Assembly: GCA_965215365.1 (NCBI GenBank) | Contig: CBDCDS010000003.1 | Span: 1,472,001 to 1,536,000, forward strand | From: Gammaproteobacteria bacterium | GTDB lineage: Bacteria; Pseudomonadota; Gammaproteobacteria; Eutrophobiales; Eutrophobiaceae | Length of the DNA: 64,000 nucleotides | Reading direction: 5' to 3' | In this document: piece by piece, positions 39,886 through 52,136 of the stretch | Position numbering within the stretch: position 1 is the stretch's first letter | Layout: every line of letters starts with the position of its first letter | The notes under the pieces: generated by a model | What the model was told of the DNA's origin: nothing | Seen by the model: the letters and a program-made list of their open reading frames with translations, nothing else | Database searches by the model: none | Made by a program: the position numbers and the translations under genes

Positions 39886-40863
39886 TTACAACAAATGCTT
39901 AATCGCTTCGCGCTCCTGCTCCAGCTCGGCCCGGGTTGCTTCCAGCTTCAGCCGGCTGAATTCGTTAATTTCCAGCCCCCGGACTATTTCATAACCGCCG
40001 GCTGAGCAAGTGACCGGGTAGGAATAGACGATGCCTTCGGGGATGCCGTAACTGCCGTCGGCGGCGACGGCCATGCTGGCCCAGTCATGGTCGGGGGTGC
40101 CGAAGGTCCAAGCACGGGCGTGATCGATGATGGCGTTGGCCGCAGAGGCGGCGCTGGAGGCGCCGCGCGCGCGGATGATGGCGGCGCCGCGTTGGGCGAC
40201 GCCGGGGATGAATTCGTTTTCGTACCAGTCCTGTTCGACCCGCTCCAGAGCCGGTTGCCCAGCCACCAGGGCATGGTGCAGGTCCGGGTATTGCGTGGTG
40301 GAATGATTCCCCCACACGGTCAGGTTACGCACGGCGTCAACCGGACACTGCGCACGTGCCGCCAGCATGGCCTGCGCCCGATTGTGATCCAGACGCATCA
40401 TTGCCTGTATCTGGCGCGGGTCCAGGTCCGGCGCATTGTTCATGGCAATCAAGGCATTGGTATTGGCGGGGTTGCCGATCACCAGCACTTTAACGTGCCG
40501 CTGCGCATGCTCGTTCAAGGCCCGGCCCTGCGCCTTGAAAATCTCGGCGTTGCTTAACAACAGGTCGGCGCGCTCCATGCCGGGGCCGCGCGGTCTGGCG
40601 CCGACCAGGAAGGCATAGTCGGCATCCCTGAACGCGACATTGGCGTCGGCACTGGTGACCACGCCGGCCAGGGTGGGAAACGCGCAGTCGTTAAGTTCCA
40701 TGACCACACCGTCCAGCACCGGCAACGCCGGGGGAATTTCAAGCAGTTGCAGGAACACCGGTTGCTCCTGGCCCAGCAACTCACCGGCGGCAAGCCGGAA
40801 CAGCAGGGCATAGCCGATCTGACCGGCGGCGCCGGTGACAGCAATTCGTAGTGGCGGGTTCAT
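39886..40863 (-). CDS. mdh: Malate dehydrogenase
   Basis: [41 protein letters not shown]. Confidence 0.97.
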   Translation of the reverse strand: MNPPLRIAVTGAAGQIGYALLFRLAAGELLGQEQPVFLQLLEIPPALPVLDGVVMELNDCAFPTLAGVVTSADANVAFRDADYAFLVGARPRGPGMERADLLLSNAEIFKAQGRALNEHAQRHVKVLVIGNPANTNALIAMNNAPDLDPRQIQAMMRLDHNRAQAMLAARAQCPVDAVRNLTVWGNHSTTQYPDLHHALVAGQPALERVEQDWYENEFIPGVAQRGAAIIRARGASSAASAANAIIDHARAWTFGTPDHDWASMAVAADGSYGIPEGIVYSYPVTCSAGGYEIVRGLEINEFSRLKLEATRAELEQEREAIKHLL

Positions 40864-40864
40864 G

Positions 40865-42157
40865 TCAGCGTCGCCTCTCGATGGGAATATAATCGCGGGT
40901 TTCAGCGCCCACGTACAACTGTCTGGGGCGACCGATACGAAAATCTTCGTCCTGCATGAATTCCATCCACTGGGCCACCCAGCCGGCGCTACGGGCCAGG
41001 GCGAACATGACGGTAAACATGGAGGTGGGGATGCGTAACGCCTGATAGATCAGGCCGGAATAAAAATCCACATTGGGATACAGCTTGCGTTCGATGAAAT
41101 AGTCATCCTCCAGCGCGATCCGCTCCAGTTCCATGGCGATCTCGAACAGCGGCTGGTTCAACTTCATTTCATCCAGCAAATCGTGGCAGACCTCGCGAAT
41201 GATTTTTGCTCTGGGGTCGTAGTTCTTGTACACCCGGTGGCCGAAGCCCATCAGGCGAAACGGGTCGTTGCGATCCTTGGCCCGGGCCACATACTGCGGA
41301 ATGTTGGCCGGGCTGCCAATCTCCTCCAGCATGCGCACCACCGCCTCATTGGCACCGCCGTGGGACTTGCCCCATAAAGTGGTGATGCCGGCGGCGACAC
41401 AGGCAAACGGATTGGCTTCCGAGCTGCCGGCCAGGCGTACCGTGGAGGTACTGGCATTTTGTTCGTGGTCCGCATGCAGAATGAACAGCAGGTCCAGGGC
41501 CCGTATTGCAACCGGGGAGGGCACGTATTCCTCGGTAGGCCAGGAAAACGTCATGTACATGAAATTCTCGATGTAACTGCGGGAATTGTCCGGGTACACG
41601 AACGGCAGTCCCGAGGCGTGGCGATAACACTTCGAGGCCACGTTGGGCATCTTGGCGATCACGCGCCGGGCGGTGATGATGCGGTTTTCCGCGTCCCAGA
41701 TGTCAGTTCTGTCGTGGTAATAAGAAGCGATAGCACTCGTCACTCCGGCCATGATCGACATCGGATGGGCGTCGTAGCGGTAGGCCGTGTAAAACCGGGA
41801 AATGTGCTCATGGGTCATCATGTGCATCTTGATGGAATGCTCCCATTCATCCATCTGCGCCCGGGTCGGCAAGTTGCCGTGGATCAGCAGATATACGACT
41901 TCCAGGAAGGTACTGTGTTGCGCCAGTTGTTCTATCGGATAACCGCGATAAAGCAGTATGCCTTTCTCCCCGTCCAAGTAAGTAATGGCGCTACGGCAAC
42001 TGGCCGTGGTAACAAAGCCCGGATCAAAGGTGAACATGCCCAGTTCCTGGTACAGGGCGCTGGTATTGATGACCGGCGCACCATAAGTGCCCTCCGTCAC
42101 CGGACATTCGATTTGTTTGCCGGTTTTGTTGTCGGTAATGGTAACCGTGCGGGTCAT
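40865..42157 (-). CDS. gltA: Citrate synthase
   Basis: [40 protein letters not shown]. Confidence 0.98.
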   Translation of the reverse strand: MTRTVTITDNKTGKQIECPVTEGTYGAPVINTSALYQELGMFTFDPGFVTTASCRSAITYLDGEKGILLYRGYPIEQLAQHSTFLEVVYLLIHGNLPTRAQMDEWEHSIKMHMMTHEHISRFYTAYRYDAHPMSIMAGVTSAIASYYHDRTDIWDAENRIITARRVIAKMPNVASKCYRHASGLPFVYPDNSRSYIENFMYMTFSWPTEEYVPSPVAIRALDLLFILHADHEQNASTSTVRLAGSSEANPFACVAAGITTLWGKSHGGANEAVVRMLEEIGSPANIPQYVARAKDRNDPFRLMGFGHRVYKNYDPRAKIIREVCHDLLDEMKLNQPLFEIAMELERIALEDDYFIERKLYPNVDFYSGLIYQALRIPTSMFTVMFALARSAGWVAQWMEFMQDEDFRIGRPRQLYVGAETRDYIPIERRR

Positions 42158-42312
42158 GGAAACGTCTCCTTAAATGTGTTGTTATTTTTTCAGCATACAG
42201 GTATGAGACGGGAACGCAAGTATTCAGGCGCGGCGCGCAGAAATGCCTTATAATGCTCCCCGTGCCGTAGTGATCGTCGGCCAATGTATTGACCAACACT
42301 TTCTGCAAAACG

Positions 42313-45201
42313 ATGAGCAACGCCAACCCGGTGGATTTTTTCAGCGCCAACTCCGCGTTTATCGAGGATGTCTACGCGCGCTATGTTGAAAACCCACAGC
42401 AGGTGGGCGCTGACTGGCGCCGTTATTTTGACGGGTTACAAGCCGGCGAGGGCGCGCCTGAAGCGCCGCGGGTTGGAGCCGACAAAAGCAGCCCGACGGA
42501 CGCGCCTGAACCCCCGGCAGCGGCCGCCCGCCCGCCAACAGCGGCGCAAGCCCCGGCTGCGGTGAATACGGATAACAAGAAGCAGGCCTCGGTGTTGCAG
42601 TTGATCAACGCCCATCGTTTCCGCGGGCATCAGCAGGCAGACCTGGACCCACTGAAACAATATGAGCGCCCGAAAGTGCCGGAACTGGACCCGGACTACT
42701 ACAATTTCACGGAGGCAGATCTGAGTCGGGTTTTCAATACCGGTTCCCTGTTTGCGCCGGACGAACTCACGCTGGCGGAAATTTTTTATATCGTCAAAGG
42801 CACGTACTGCCGGACCATTGGTGCCGAGTACATGCACATTAACGAAACGGAGCAAAAGCGCTGGATCCAGCGCCGGCTGGAAGAATCCGAGGGCCGTCAC
42901 CGCTTCTCCAACGAAAAGCGCAAGCACATCCTCGAACGGGTGATTGCCGCCAACGCGTTGGAAGAATACCTGCACCGGAAATACGTGGGGCAGAAACGCT
43001 TTTCCCTAGAGGGCGGCGAGGCTTTGATTCCATTGCTGGACGAACTGGTGCAGTCGGGCGGCGCCGCCGGGGTGCGCGAGGCGGTGATCGGTATGGCCCA
43101 TCGCGGCCGGCTAAATGTCCTAGTCAACATCATCGGTAAACTGCCCGGGGAATTATTCGATGAATTTGAAGGCGGCAACCAAGAGCAGGACATCGCAACC
43201 AAGCGCTCTGGCGATGTCAAATACCACCTAGGTTATTCCTCCGATATACAAACATCGGGCGGCGTGATCCATTTGACCTTATCGTTTAACCCCTCTCATC
43301 TTGAGATTATCGACCCGGTGGTGGAAGGTTCGGTACGGGCGCGCCAGGACCGGCGCCGCGACAAGTCCCGCACCCAGGTGCTGCCGATCATTATTCATGG
43401 CGATGCCGCATTTGCCGGTCAGGGCGTGGTGATGGAGACTTTCAACCTGTCCCAGACCCGCGGCTACAGCACCGGCGGCACCGTGCATATCATCGTCAAC
43501 AACCAGATCGGCTTCACCACCAGCGACCCACTGGACTCGCGCTCGACCTTGTACTGTTCGGATGTCGCCAAGATGGTGCAGGCGCCCATTTTCCATGTCA
43601 ACGGCGATGATCCCGACGCAGTGGTGTACGCGGCTAGGCTGGCCCTGGACTTTCGCATGGAATTCAAGAAGGACGTGGTGATCGACATGGTCTGTTACCG
43701 CCGCCACGGCCACAGTGAAGCGGATGAGCCGGCAGCCACCCAGCCCCTCATGTATCGCAAGATCAGGCAACACCGGAACGTCAGGGAGATCCACGGCGAC
43801 CGTCTGGTAAAAGAACAGGTGGTCACCCACGATGACATCCGCAAAATTCATGACGACTACATCGAAGCGCTGGAGGCCAACCGGGTGGTGGCGGGGGCCA
43901 GGGCCAGCAACGCGGATTTAAGGTTCCTGATCAACTATGAACCGTTCAGGAAAACGCCATGGGATATGCGCGTCGACACGGCTATCAGCCCCATGCTGGT
44001 GCCCCGCCTGACGGAGCGTTTTACCACCGTGCCAGAGCATTTTACCTTGCACCCGACCGTGGCAAAGATCATCGAGAACCGCAAAAAAATGGGCGCAGGA
44101 GAGCTGCCACTGGACTGGGGTTATGCCGAAACCCTGGCTTATGCCAGCCTGCTTGATGCCGGTTTCCCGGTGCGTATTTCCGGCCAGGACAGCGCCCGCG
44201 GCACCTTCTTCCATCGTCATGCCGTGATCCACAACCAGGATGACGGCGATACCTATCTGCCGCTGCAACACCTCAGCGCTGAGCAGCCTTCGTTCCTGGC
44301 CATCAACTCGACCCTGTCCGAAGAGGCCGTGCTCGCCTTTGACTACGGTTACAGCAGTGCCGAACCCAACGCGCTGGTGATCTGGGAAGCCCAGTTCGGT
44401 GACTTCGCCAACGGCGCACAGGTCGTGTTCGACCAGTTCATCAGTTCCTGCGAGGCGAAATGGGATCGGTTCTGCGGGCTGACGGTATTTTTACCGCATG
44501 GCTATGATGGTCAGGGACCGGAACATTCCTCTGCCAGGCTGGAGCGTTTCCTGCAGCTCTGCGCCCGGGAAAACATGCAGGTCTGCCATCCGAGCACCCC
44601 GGCCCAGATGTTCCACCTGTTGCGGCGTCAGGTCATCCGCCCGTATCGCAAACCGCTGATCGTGATGAGCCCGAAGAGCCTGCTACGGCATAAATTGTCC
44701 ACCTCCACGCTGGACAAGGTGACCGGTGGCGAGTTCAAACTGGTGATCGATGAAATAGATGACAACATAGACCGACAAGCGGTCACGCGCCTGCTGATTT
44801 GCAGCGGCAAGGTCTATTACGACCTGTTGGAAGCACGGCGCGCCAATGACATCCGCAATATTGCGATTATTCGTCTGGAACAGTTATTTCCGTTCCCGCA
44901 ACTGGAAATGAAACACGTGATTGACGCATACCCGAATGCCAATGAAGTGGTGTGGGTGCAGGAGGAGCCGAAAAACCAGGGCAGCTGGTACTATATGCAA
45001 TCCCGGGGCACCATGATCGGCTGTTTGAGCGAGCGCCATGTGTTCGGTTATGCCGGTCGCATCTACTCGGCTTCCCCGGCGGTTGGCTACCTGAGCCTGC
45101 ACCTAGCGCGGCAGAAGAAACTGATCGACGATGCCCTGCAACTGGAAAGGATGGAAGTCACCACGCACATGCAGGAGCAACGCACGCTGGGCATCAGGTA
45201 G
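42313..45201 (+). CDS. sucA: 2-oxoglutarate dehydrogenase E1
   Basis: GMAHRGRLN, HGDAAFAGQG, WEAQFGDF, GPEHSSARLER. Confidence 0.98.
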   Translation: MSNANPVDFFSANSAFIEDVYARYVENPQQVGADWRRYFDGLQAGEGAPEAPRVGADKSSPTDAPEPPAAAARPPTAAQAPAAVNTDNKKQASVLQLINAHRFRGHQQADLDPLKQYERPKVPELDPDYYNFTEADLSRVFNTGSLFAPDELTLAEIFYIVKGTYCRTIGAEYMHINETEQKRWIQRRLEESEGRHRFSNEKRKHILERVIAANALEEYLHRKYVGQKRFSLEGGEALIPLLDELVQSGGAAGVREAVIGMAHRGRLNVLVNIIGKLPGELFDEFEGGNQEQDIATKRSGDVKYHLGYSSDIQTSGGVIHLTLSFNPSHLEIIDPVVEGSVRARQDRRRDKSRTQVLPIIIHGDAAFAGQGVVMETFNLSQTRGYSTGGTVHIIVNNQIGFTTSDPLDSRSTLYCSDVAKMVQAPIFHVNGDDPDAVVYAARLALDFRMEFKKDVVIDMVCYRRHGHSEADEPAATQPLMYRKIRQHRNVREIHGDRLVKEQVVTHDDIRKIHDDYIEALEANRVVAGARASNADLRFLINYEPFRKTPWDMRVDTAISPMLVPRLTERFTTVPEHFTLHPTVAKIIENRKKMGAGELPLDWGYAETLAYASLLDAGFPVRISGQDSARGTFFHRHAVIHNQDDGDTYLPLQHLSAEQPSFLAINSTLSEEAVLAFDYGYSSAEPNALVIWEAQFGDFANGAQVVFDQFISSCEAKWDRFCGLTVFLPHGYDGQGPEHSSARLERFLQLCARENMQVCHPSTPAQMFHLLRRQVIRPYRKPLIVMSPKSLLRHKLSTSTLDKVTGGEFKLVIDEIDDNIDRQAVTRLLICSGKVYYDLLEARRANDIRNIAIIRLEQLFPFPQLEMKHVIDAYPNANEVVWVQEEPKNQGSWYYMQSRGTMIGCLSERHVFGYAGRIYSASPAVGYLSLHLARQKKLIDDALQLERMEVTTHMQEQRTLGIR

Positions 45202-45277
45202 GCGCAACCGCGTCTTTGAACATGGCGTATAGCCCGGTACTGCAAGGCACCTCTAAATCCAATCACAGGAGAATATA

Positions 45278-46723
45278 GTGTTAGTTGAAGTCAGAGTCCC
45301 GATGCTGGCCGAATCAGTCGCTGAGGCCACCTTGATGGATTGGCACAAACAGCCGGGTGACGCGGTGAAATTCGGCGACGTACTTATCGATATAGAGACG
45401 GACAAAGTCACCTTGGAAATCGTCGCGCCGGAAGACGGCACACTGGCGGAGGTGCTGAAAAACGGCGGTGAAGATGTCGCCAGCAACGAGTTACTGGCGC
45501 AGATTGATACCGGCGGCGACGCCACCGCGTCTTCCCCGGCCGCGCCCGAGAGCCGGTCACAGGAACAACCCGCCGCGCCGGAACCGGCGGCCGTGCCGGA
45601 AAAGACGCAACAGTCACTGCTGGCGGACGTTGCAGATAGTGCCGCGCCACCGCCGGCCGCTGGCACCTCGACTGACGGCGTGACAACCTCACCGAAACTC
45701 AGCCCCGCGGTAAGAAACCTGTTACGCGAACATAACCTGGAGGTTGGCGAGATCCCGATACAGGGCGACAGGCTTACCAAAAAGGCGGTGCTGAACTTCC
45801 TCAAAGACAGGCAACAGCAGACCGCTGTGAGCAAGCCGGCCGCGCCGGCGGAGACTCCTCTGGTGGCAGACCCCGCAGCGCCGACAGAGGCTCCCGCACC
45901 GGCAGACGCCGCGGCACCGACAGAGACTTCTGCAGGCGCAGACCAGGCTGAGCAACAACCGCCCGCTCCTGACCGGAAACCGGCCACCCGGGCCGCGACC
46001 GAAGCGGTAGCGCCACCCACGCGGGCCGACGAGAAACGCGTGCCCATGACCCGCCTGCGGCGGCGCGCAGCGGAACGCCTGTTGGCGGCGCAGCGGGAAA
46101 ATGCCATTCTCACTACCTTCAACGAAGTCAATATGAAACCGGTGCTGGACTTGCGCCAACGCTACCGGGAGAGTTTCGAACAGGCCCATCATGTCAAGCT
46201 GGGTTTCATGTCGTTCTTCACCAAGGCGGTGGTGGAAGCGCTCAGGAAGTTTCCGTTGTTGAACGCCTCGGTGGACGGCACCGATATTGTCTATCACGAC
46301 TATTTCGATGTCGGCATTGCCGTCAGTTCGCCGCGCGGGCTGGTGGTGCCGGTATTACGCGCCGCGGACCGGCTCAGCTTTGCCGAGATCGAAAAAAATA
46401 TCAGCGCCTACGGCCAGAAGGCCCGCGACGCAAAACTCACCATAGAGGACCTGAGCGGTGGCACCTTTACCATTACTAACGGCGGCGTGTTCGGCTCGCT
46501 GTTATCCACGCCTATCATCAACCCGCCGCAAAGTGCTATCCTGGGCATGCATAAAATTGAGGAACGCCCCATTGCACAAGACGGCGCGGTGGTGATCCGA
46601 CCGATGATGTATCTGGCGCTGTCTTATGACCACCGTATCATTGACGGGCGTGAAGCCGTGTCGTTCCTGGTGACCGTCAAAGAAGCGCTGGAAGACCCCT
46701 CGCGCCTGCTGTTACAAATCTGA
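45278..46723 (+). CDS. sucB: Dihydrolipoyllysine succinyltransferase E2
   Basis: ETDKV lipoyl motif, Pro/Ala linkers, YDHRIIDG. Confidence 0.98.
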   Translation: MLVEVRVPMLAESVAEATLMDWHKQPGDAVKFGDVLIDIETDKVTLEIVAPEDGTLAEVLKNGGEDVASNELLAQIDTGGDATASSPAAPESRSQEQPAAPEPAAVPEKTQQSLLADVADSAAPPPAAGTSTDGVTTSPKLSPAVRNLLREHNLEVGEIPIQGDRLTKKAVLNFLKDRQQQTAVSKPAAPAETPLVADPAAPTEAPAPADAAAPTETSAGADQAEQQPPAPDRKPATRAATEAVAPPTRADEKRVPMTRLRRRAAERLLAAQRENAILTTFNEVNMKPVLDLRQRYRESFEQAHHVKLGFMSFFTKAVVEALRKFPLLNASVDGTDIVYHDYFDVGIAVSSPRGLVVPVLRAADRLSFAEIEKNISAYGQKARDAKLTIEDLSGGTFTITNGGVFGSLLSTPIINPPQSAILGMHKIEERPIAQDGAVVIRPMMYLALSYDHRIIDGREAVSFLVTVKEALEDPSRLLLQI

Positions 46724-46762
46724 ACATGGCGATAGCAGGTTGAAAGAGTACGGTATTGCGCC

Positions 46763-48187
46763 ATGAAAAAGTATGACGTAGTCGTGATCGGCGCGGGGCC
46801 GGGAGGCTACCTCAGCGCCATCCGTTGCGCGCAGCTGGGGTTGGTCACGGCCTGTGTGGATGGCGAGCTCAGCGCCAACGGCAAACCCACCCTGGGCGGC
46901 ACTTGCCTGAACAAGGGCTGTATCCCGTCCAAGGCCCTGCTTGATTCATCCCATCATTACAGCTTCGTCAAAGACCACGCGGCGGAACACGGCATCAATG
47001 TCTCCGGCGTCAGGATAGACCTGCACAAGATGCTCAACCGCAAGGAGCGGGTGGTACAGAAGCTGACCCGGGGTATTGCCGGGCTGTTCAAAAAGAACGG
47101 GGTGGACTGGTTGCAGGGTCAGGGTAAGCTGCTGGGGGATAACCATGTCGAGGTAACGCCAGATGGCAAGCAGCCGCCCGAGCCTTACCGGGTTGCTGCA
47201 AAAAACATCATTATTGCCACCGGCTCGATGCCGGCAAAACTACCCGTTGCCGCAGTTGACCAGAACCGGATCGTCGATTCCACCGGCGCGCTGGCTTTCA
47301 CAGAAGTGCCGAAGCGCTTGGGCATTATCGGCGCCGGGGTTATCGGCCTGGAGTTGGGCAGCGTCTGGAGCAGGATGGGCGCTGAGGTGGTTATCCTGGA
47401 AGCGCTGGATGAGTTGCTGGCGCCGGTGGATCGGGATATTGCCGTGGCTGCGGCGAAGCTTTTTGAGAAACAGGGACTGGACATCCGGTTGGGCGCCCGA
47501 GTCATGGGCACCGGTCTTAACAACCATGAGGTCAGTGTCTCCTACGAACAGGCCGGGGAGAAACAAAAGCAGGTTTTCGACAAGCTGGTGGTAGCCACCG
47601 GACGTTCTCCTAATATTGCCGGGCTCGGTGCCGAAGAGGCCGGGCTGGCCCTGAACCGGAGCGGTGGTATCCAGGTTGACAACTATTGCGCTACCAACCT
47701 GCCGGGGGTTTATGCTATCGGCGATGTGGTGCGCGGCCCGATGCTGGCGCATAAGGCCGCTGAGGAAGGGGTCATGGTGGCCGAACGCCTGGCCGGACAT
47801 GACTGCGAACTCAATCTGGAACTGGTACCCTGGGTCATCTACACCTGGCCTGAGATAGCTTGGGTGGGTAAAACCGAACACGAGCTGGAAACTGCCGGAG
47901 AAAAATACAAGTCCGGGCTGTTTCCCATCGCTGCCAGCGGCCGCGCGCAAGCCGCTGGGAATGTCGAGGGCACGATAAAAATGCTCAGCGCAGCCGACAG
48001 CGACTGCCTGCTCGGTGTCCATATCCTGGCGCCGAATGCCTCGGAGCTGGTGGCCGAAGCGGTGCTGGCCATGGCATTCGACGGCAGCGCCGAGGATATC
48101 GCCCGCACCATCCACGCCCACCCGACCCTGTCCGAAGCCATACACGAAGCGGCGCTGGCCACCGACCAGCGCGCGCTGCATATCTGA
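46763..48187 (+). CDS. lpdA: Dihydrolipoyl dehydrogenase
   Basis: GAGPGGY, GGTCLNKGCIPSK, HAHPTLSE. Confidence 0.98.
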   Translation: MKKYDVVVIGAGPGGYLSAIRCAQLGLVTACVDGELSANGKPTLGGTCLNKGCIPSKALLDSSHHYSFVKDHAAEHGINVSGVRIDLHKMLNRKERVVQKLTRGIAGLFKKNGVDWLQGQGKLLGDNHVEVTPDGKQPPEPYRVAAKNIIIATGSMPAKLPVAAVDQNRIVDSTGALAFTEVPKRLGIIGAGVIGLELGSVWSRMGAEVVILEALDELLAPVDRDIAVAAAKLFEKQGLDIRLGARVMGTGLNNHEVSVSYEQAGEKQKQVFDKLVVATGRSPNIAGLGAEEAGLALNRSGGIQVDNYCATNLPGVYAIGDVVRGPMLAHKAAEEGVMVAERLAGHDCELNLELVPWVIYTWPEIAWVGKTEHELETAGEKYKSGLFPIAASGRAQAAGNVEGTIKMLSAADSDCLLGVHILAPNASELVAEAVLAMAFDGSAEDIARTIHAHPTLSEAIHEAALATDQRALHI

Positions 48188-48224
48188 CTACGCCTCAGCA
48201 TCCGTCATCTCCATTCCCGCCGTT

Positions 48225-48254
48225 TTGTGCATCGCAATCAGGTTGCTGTATAAT
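48225..48254 (+). promoter_or_regulatory. phaA promoter with putative PhaR box
   Basis: TTGTGC-N18-TATAAT; TGC-ATC-GCA overlaps the -35 region. Confidence 0.5.
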
Positions 48255-48290
48255 GCCGCAGTCGTACCATAAATCCTTGAGGTAGCTAAC

Positions 48291-49472
48291 ATGACCCACG
48301 ACGCAGTCATCGTCGCTGCAGCCCGTACTCCCATCGGTTCCTTCGGTGGCGCACTCGCCAATACGCTGGCGCATACCCTGGGCGCGACCGTGATCCAGGC
48401 GCTACTGGAAAAAACCGGACTGGACCCGGCTCGGGTTGACGAGGTTATCCTAGGACAGGTGCTTACCGCCGGCGCCGGTCAGAACCCGGCGCGCCAGGCC
48501 GCCATTGCCGCGGGCCTGCCTGAGACAGTGCCGGCCATGACTATCAACAAGGTCTGCGGCAGTGGCCTGAAAGCCGTGCACCTTGCCGCCCAAGCCATCA
48601 AATGCGGCGATGCCGATGTCGTCATTGCCGGCGGCCAGGAAAACATGAGTCAGGCGCCGCACGTATTGCCCAAATCCCGCGTCGGCACCAAAATGGGCGA
48701 CTGGAAGCTGCTCGACTCCATGATCATCGACGGCTTGTGGGATGCTTTTAACGACTACCACATGGGTATGACCGCGGAAAACATCGTGAACAGGTTCAGG
48801 ATTACGCGGGAAGAACAGGACCGCTTTGCCGCGCATTCCCAGCAAAAAACCGAACAGGCCCAGGCTGACGGAGTATTCGCGGACGAGATCGTGCCCGTGA
48901 GCATTCCGCAACGCCGCGGCGACCCCATCGTATTCGACCGCGACGAGTATCCGAAATCGGGCGTTACTGAAGAGAAAATTGCGAAGTTGCGTCCGGCTTT
49001 TACGCGCGAAGGGACGGTCACTGCGGCCAATGCCTCCGGTCTCAATGACGGTGCCGCGGCGGTGATTGTCACCGCGCGCGCCAAGGCCGAGGCCCTGGGC
49101 CTGTCACCGCTGGCCACCATCAGCGCTTATGCCAGTGCCGGCGTCGAGCCCGCCATCATGGGTACCGGGCCGATACCGGCCAGCCAGCGCTGCCTGGAAA
49201 AAGCCGGCTGGACGGTAGCCGATCTGGACCTGATCGAGGCCAATGAGGCGTTCGCCGCGCAAGCTATCTCCGTTAACAATGGCTTAGGCTGGGATACGGC
49301 GAAAGTGAACGTGCACGGTGGCGCCATCGCCCTCGGGCACCCCATCGGCGCGTCCGGCTGCCGGGTGCTGGTCACGTTGCTCCATGCCATGCAACGCCGG
49401 GACGCACACAAGGGGCTGGCTACCTTGTGCATCGGCGGGGGTCAGGGCGTCGCCCTGGCTGTATCAAGATAA
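48291..49472 (+). CDS. phaA: Acetyl-CoA acetyltransferase (beta-ketothiolase)
   Basis: [28 protein letters not shown]; adjacent to phaR. Confidence 0.93.
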   Translation: MTHDAVIVAAARTPIGSFGGALANTLAHTLGATVIQALLEKTGLDPARVDEVILGQVLTAGAGQNPARQAAIAAGLPETVPAMTINKVCGSGLKAVHLAAQAIKCGDADVVIAGGQENMSQAPHVLPKSRVGTKMGDWKLLDSMIIDGLWDAFNDYHMGMTAENIVNRFRITREEQDRFAAHSQQKTEQAQADGVFADEIVPVSIPQRRGDPIVFDRDEYPKSGVTEEKIAKLRPAFTREGTVTAANASGLNDGAAAVIVTARAKAEALGLSPLATISAYASAGVEPAIMGTGPIPASQRCLEKAGWTVADLDLIEANEAFAAQAISVNNGLGWDTAKVNVHGGAIALGHPIGASGCRVLVTLLHAMQRRDAHKGLATLCIGGGQGVALAVSR

Positions 49473-49490
49473 ATCACTCGAGTCACGCTC

Positions 49491-49964
49491 ATGCGCACCA
49501 TCAAGAAATACCCCAACCGTCGTCTCTACGACACTGAGATCAGCCGCTATATCACCTTGGATGATGTCAGGAAGCTGGTGCTGAGCGGCATCGATATATG
49601 CGTCACGGATGTCAAGACCGAGGAAGATCTGACCCGTAGCGTGCTGCTGCAGATCATCGCCGAGCAGGAACACGAAGGCAAACCCATTTTCAACACGCTG
49701 ATGCTGACCCAACTCATCCGCTTCTACGGCAACGCCTACCAGTCCGCGTTCAGCGATTACCTGCAACAAAGCCTAGAAATGTTCACCGCGCAACAACAGA
49801 ACATACAAAAAAACCTGGAGCAAGCAGTCACCGGCAACCCCATCACCACCACCATGAACGAACTGACAGAACGCAACCTGGACGCCTGGAGGCAACTGCA
49901 GAACAGCTTCTTCCAGGCCACCGGATTTACCGGCAACGACGGTAAACGCGAGGAAGGCGACTGA
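49491..49964 (+). CDS. phaR: Polyhydroxyalkanoate synthesis repressor PhaR
   Basis: IKKYPNRRLYDTEISRYITL, EDLTRSVLLQII, LIRFYG. Confidence 0.95.
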   Translation: MRTIKKYPNRRLYDTEISRYITLDDVRKLVLSGIDICVTDVKTEEDLTRSVLLQIIAEQEHEGKPIFNTLMLTQLIRFYGNAYQSAFSDYLQQSLEMFTAQQQNIQKNLEQAVTGNPITTTMNELTERNLDAWRQLQNSFFQATGFTGNDGKREEGD

Positions 49965-50046
49965 TCTGCCGAGGGATAGCTGGATATGCGGGTTAGTGCT
50001 TCCGTTTACCTTATACCCGGGTATTGAAGCACGTTGTTGCGACGTT

Positions 50047-50595
50047 TCACGGGCGGCAGGTCAGCACCTGTGCCAAGGGCGGGCGTTGCGCTGTCGGCAC
50101 TGTGGTTGGGAAGCCGTACCAGAATAACCCCACCAGCTGTTCCCGGTCGGGGTCGGCGCCGATGATGTCATAGAACTCTCTGGTTCGGGTCACCGTGCCG
50201 GTCGTCCATTTCACCCCGATGCCTTGCTCCCATAACAGCAGCATCAGGTTTTGGGCGGCACAGCAACAGGACGCGTAGTTTTCCTGCATGGTGAGCGCGT
50301 CATCCGCTTTCCGGCTGGTCAGCGCCAGCCAGCCGGGCGCTTCACGCCAGCGCCTGAGCTTGATCTGCGCGGCCCGCTCGCCCTGCTTCTCATCGACAAG
50401 CCTTGCATTCAGCAGGCAGATGCGCTCCTTGCTCTGCGCGCCCAGCAGGTAGAAGCGCCAGGGTTGTGTCAGGCGATGGTTCGGCGCCCAGACTGACTGC
50501 GCCATGGCTGTGCGCACGACGGCCTCATCCGGCAGGTTGCCGGGTTGGAACTGGTGGATGGTACGGCGGTTTCTGATGAGGTCTGTTATATTCAT
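50047..50595 (-). CDS. Nitroreductase (YdjA-like)
   Basis: RRTI, APNHRLTQPWRF, AAQNLML..GIGVKWTTG. Confidence 0.88.
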   Translation of the reverse strand: MNITDLIRNRRTIHQFQPGNLPDEAVVRTAMAQSVWAPNHRLTQPWRFYLLGAQSKERICLLNARLVDEKQGERAAQIKLRRWREAPGWLALTSRKADDALTMQENYASCCCAAQNLMLLLWEQGIGVKWTTGTVTRTREFYDIIGADPDREQLVGLFWYGFPTTVPTAQRPPLAQVLTCRP

Positions 50596-50602
50596 TGGCG
50601 AC

Positions 50603-52120
50603 CTAAACCATATTCGACAAGTCGTTCAGCACATCGTCCACCAGGGCGCGGGATTGTTTGGCGGCGTCATTGCGTTGTCGGGACAGGTTGGCCAGATAAT
50701 CTTCACTCACATCATCGGTCAGGTAGGCACCGGTGAACACCGACATTTCAAAGCGGTCGATACGCGGGTTCCCTTCCCGGGCTGCTTCGATCAGGTCATC
50801 CACCTCTTGGTAGATCAACCAGTCGGCGCCGATGGCTGCACACACTTCATCTTCACTTTTGCCATGGGCAACCAGTTCCTCCGGGGTAGGGATGTCTATG
50901 CCGTAAACATTGGGGTACAACACCGGCGGCGCGGCGGAGGCGAAATACACTTTTGCCGCGCCGGCGTCGCGGGCCATCTGGATGATCTCGCCGGAGGTGG
51001 TGCCACGCACAATGGAATCATCCACCAGCAACACATTTTTACCCCGGAACTCCAGCCCGATTGCGTTCAGCTTCTGTCTTACCGACTTTTCCCTGACGCT
51101 TTGCCCGGGCATGATGAAGGTGCGCGGGATGTATCGGTTCTTGATAAACCCTTCCCGGTATTTCACCCCCAGTTCATAAGCCAGCGGCAGGGCTGCGGTG
51201 CGTCCCGTATCCGGGATCGGGATCACCACGTCGATGTCATGATCCGGACGCAGGCGCCGGATCTTTGCGGCCAGTTTTTCCCCCATGCGTAACCGCGTCT
51301 TGTACACGGAAATATTGTCGATGACGGAATCCGGCCGTGCCAGATAGACGTATTCAAAGATACAAGGCGCTTGCTGCGGTTCTGCCACGCACGGTTCTGC
51401 GTACAGTTCACCCCGGGCGCTGATGAAAATTGCCTCCCCCGGCGCCACGTCACGCGTCACGTCAAAGTCCAGGGCGTCCATGGCCACACTTTCGGAGGCG
51501 ACAACGTATTCCGTGCCTCGTTCGGTGACGCGCTCCCCGAAGATTAGCGGGCGGATGCCGAAGCGATCGCGAAACGCCAGCACGCCCACGCCGGAAATCA
51601 AGGCCGCGGCGGAATAGCCGCCGCGGCAACGCTGATTCAAGCGGCGCACTGCGGTAAAGATGTCTGCGGCAGTGAGGTCTTTTTTCAGCTTGCCGATACG
51701 CTGCAATTCAAACGCCAGAATGTTCAGCAGTACCTCGGAATCCGATCCCGTGTTGATATGCCGCAATTCATCTGTGATCAGGTCTTTTTTCAGCTCTTCG
51801 CTGTTGGTGAGATTGCCGTTATGCGCTAGGGCAATGCCGTAGGGGGAATTGACATAGAACGGCTGCGCCTCGGACGAGGAGTCACACCCGGCGGTGGGAT
51901 ACCTGAGGTGCCCGATACCCATGTTGCCCACCAGATTCAGCATCTGCGGGGCGCTGAACACATCCCTCACCAGGCCGTTGTTTTTGCAAAGATACAAGCG
52001 GGCATTGTCGCAGGTGACGATCCCGGCCGCATCCTGGCCGCGGTGCTGCAGGATGGTCAACCCATCAACCAACATCTGGTTGACGTTTGACTTCGCAACG
52101 ATGCCGACAATGCCGCACAT
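50603..52120 (-). CDS. purF: Amidophosphoribosyltransferase
   Basis: [22 protein letters not shown]. Confidence 0.98.
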   Translation of the reverse strand: MCGIVGIVAKSNVNQMLVDGLTILQHRGQDAAGIVTCDNARLYLCKNNGLVRDVFSAPQMLNLVGNMGIGHLRYPTAGCDSSSEAQPFYVNSPYGIALAHNGNLTNSEELKKDLITDELRHINTGSDSEVLLNILAFELQRIGKLKKDLTAADIFTAVRRLNQRCRGGYSAAALISGVGVLAFRDRFGIRPLIFGERVTERGTEYVVASESVAMDALDFDVTRDVAPGEAIFISARGELYAEPCVAEPQQAPCIFEYVYLARPDSVIDNISVYKTRLRMGEKLAAKIRRLRPDHDIDVVIPIPDTGRTAALPLAYELGVKYREGFIKNRYIPRTFIMPGQSVREKSVRQKLNAIGLEFRGKNVLLVDDSIVRGTTSGEIIQMARDAGAAKVYFASAAPPVLYPNVYGIDIPTPEELVAHGKSEDEVCAAIGADWLIYQEVDDLIEAAREGNPRIDRFEMSVFTGAYLTDDVSEDYLANLSRQRNDAAKQSRALVDDVLNDLSNMV

Positions 52121-52136
52121 GGCAGGCCCCGGTGCG

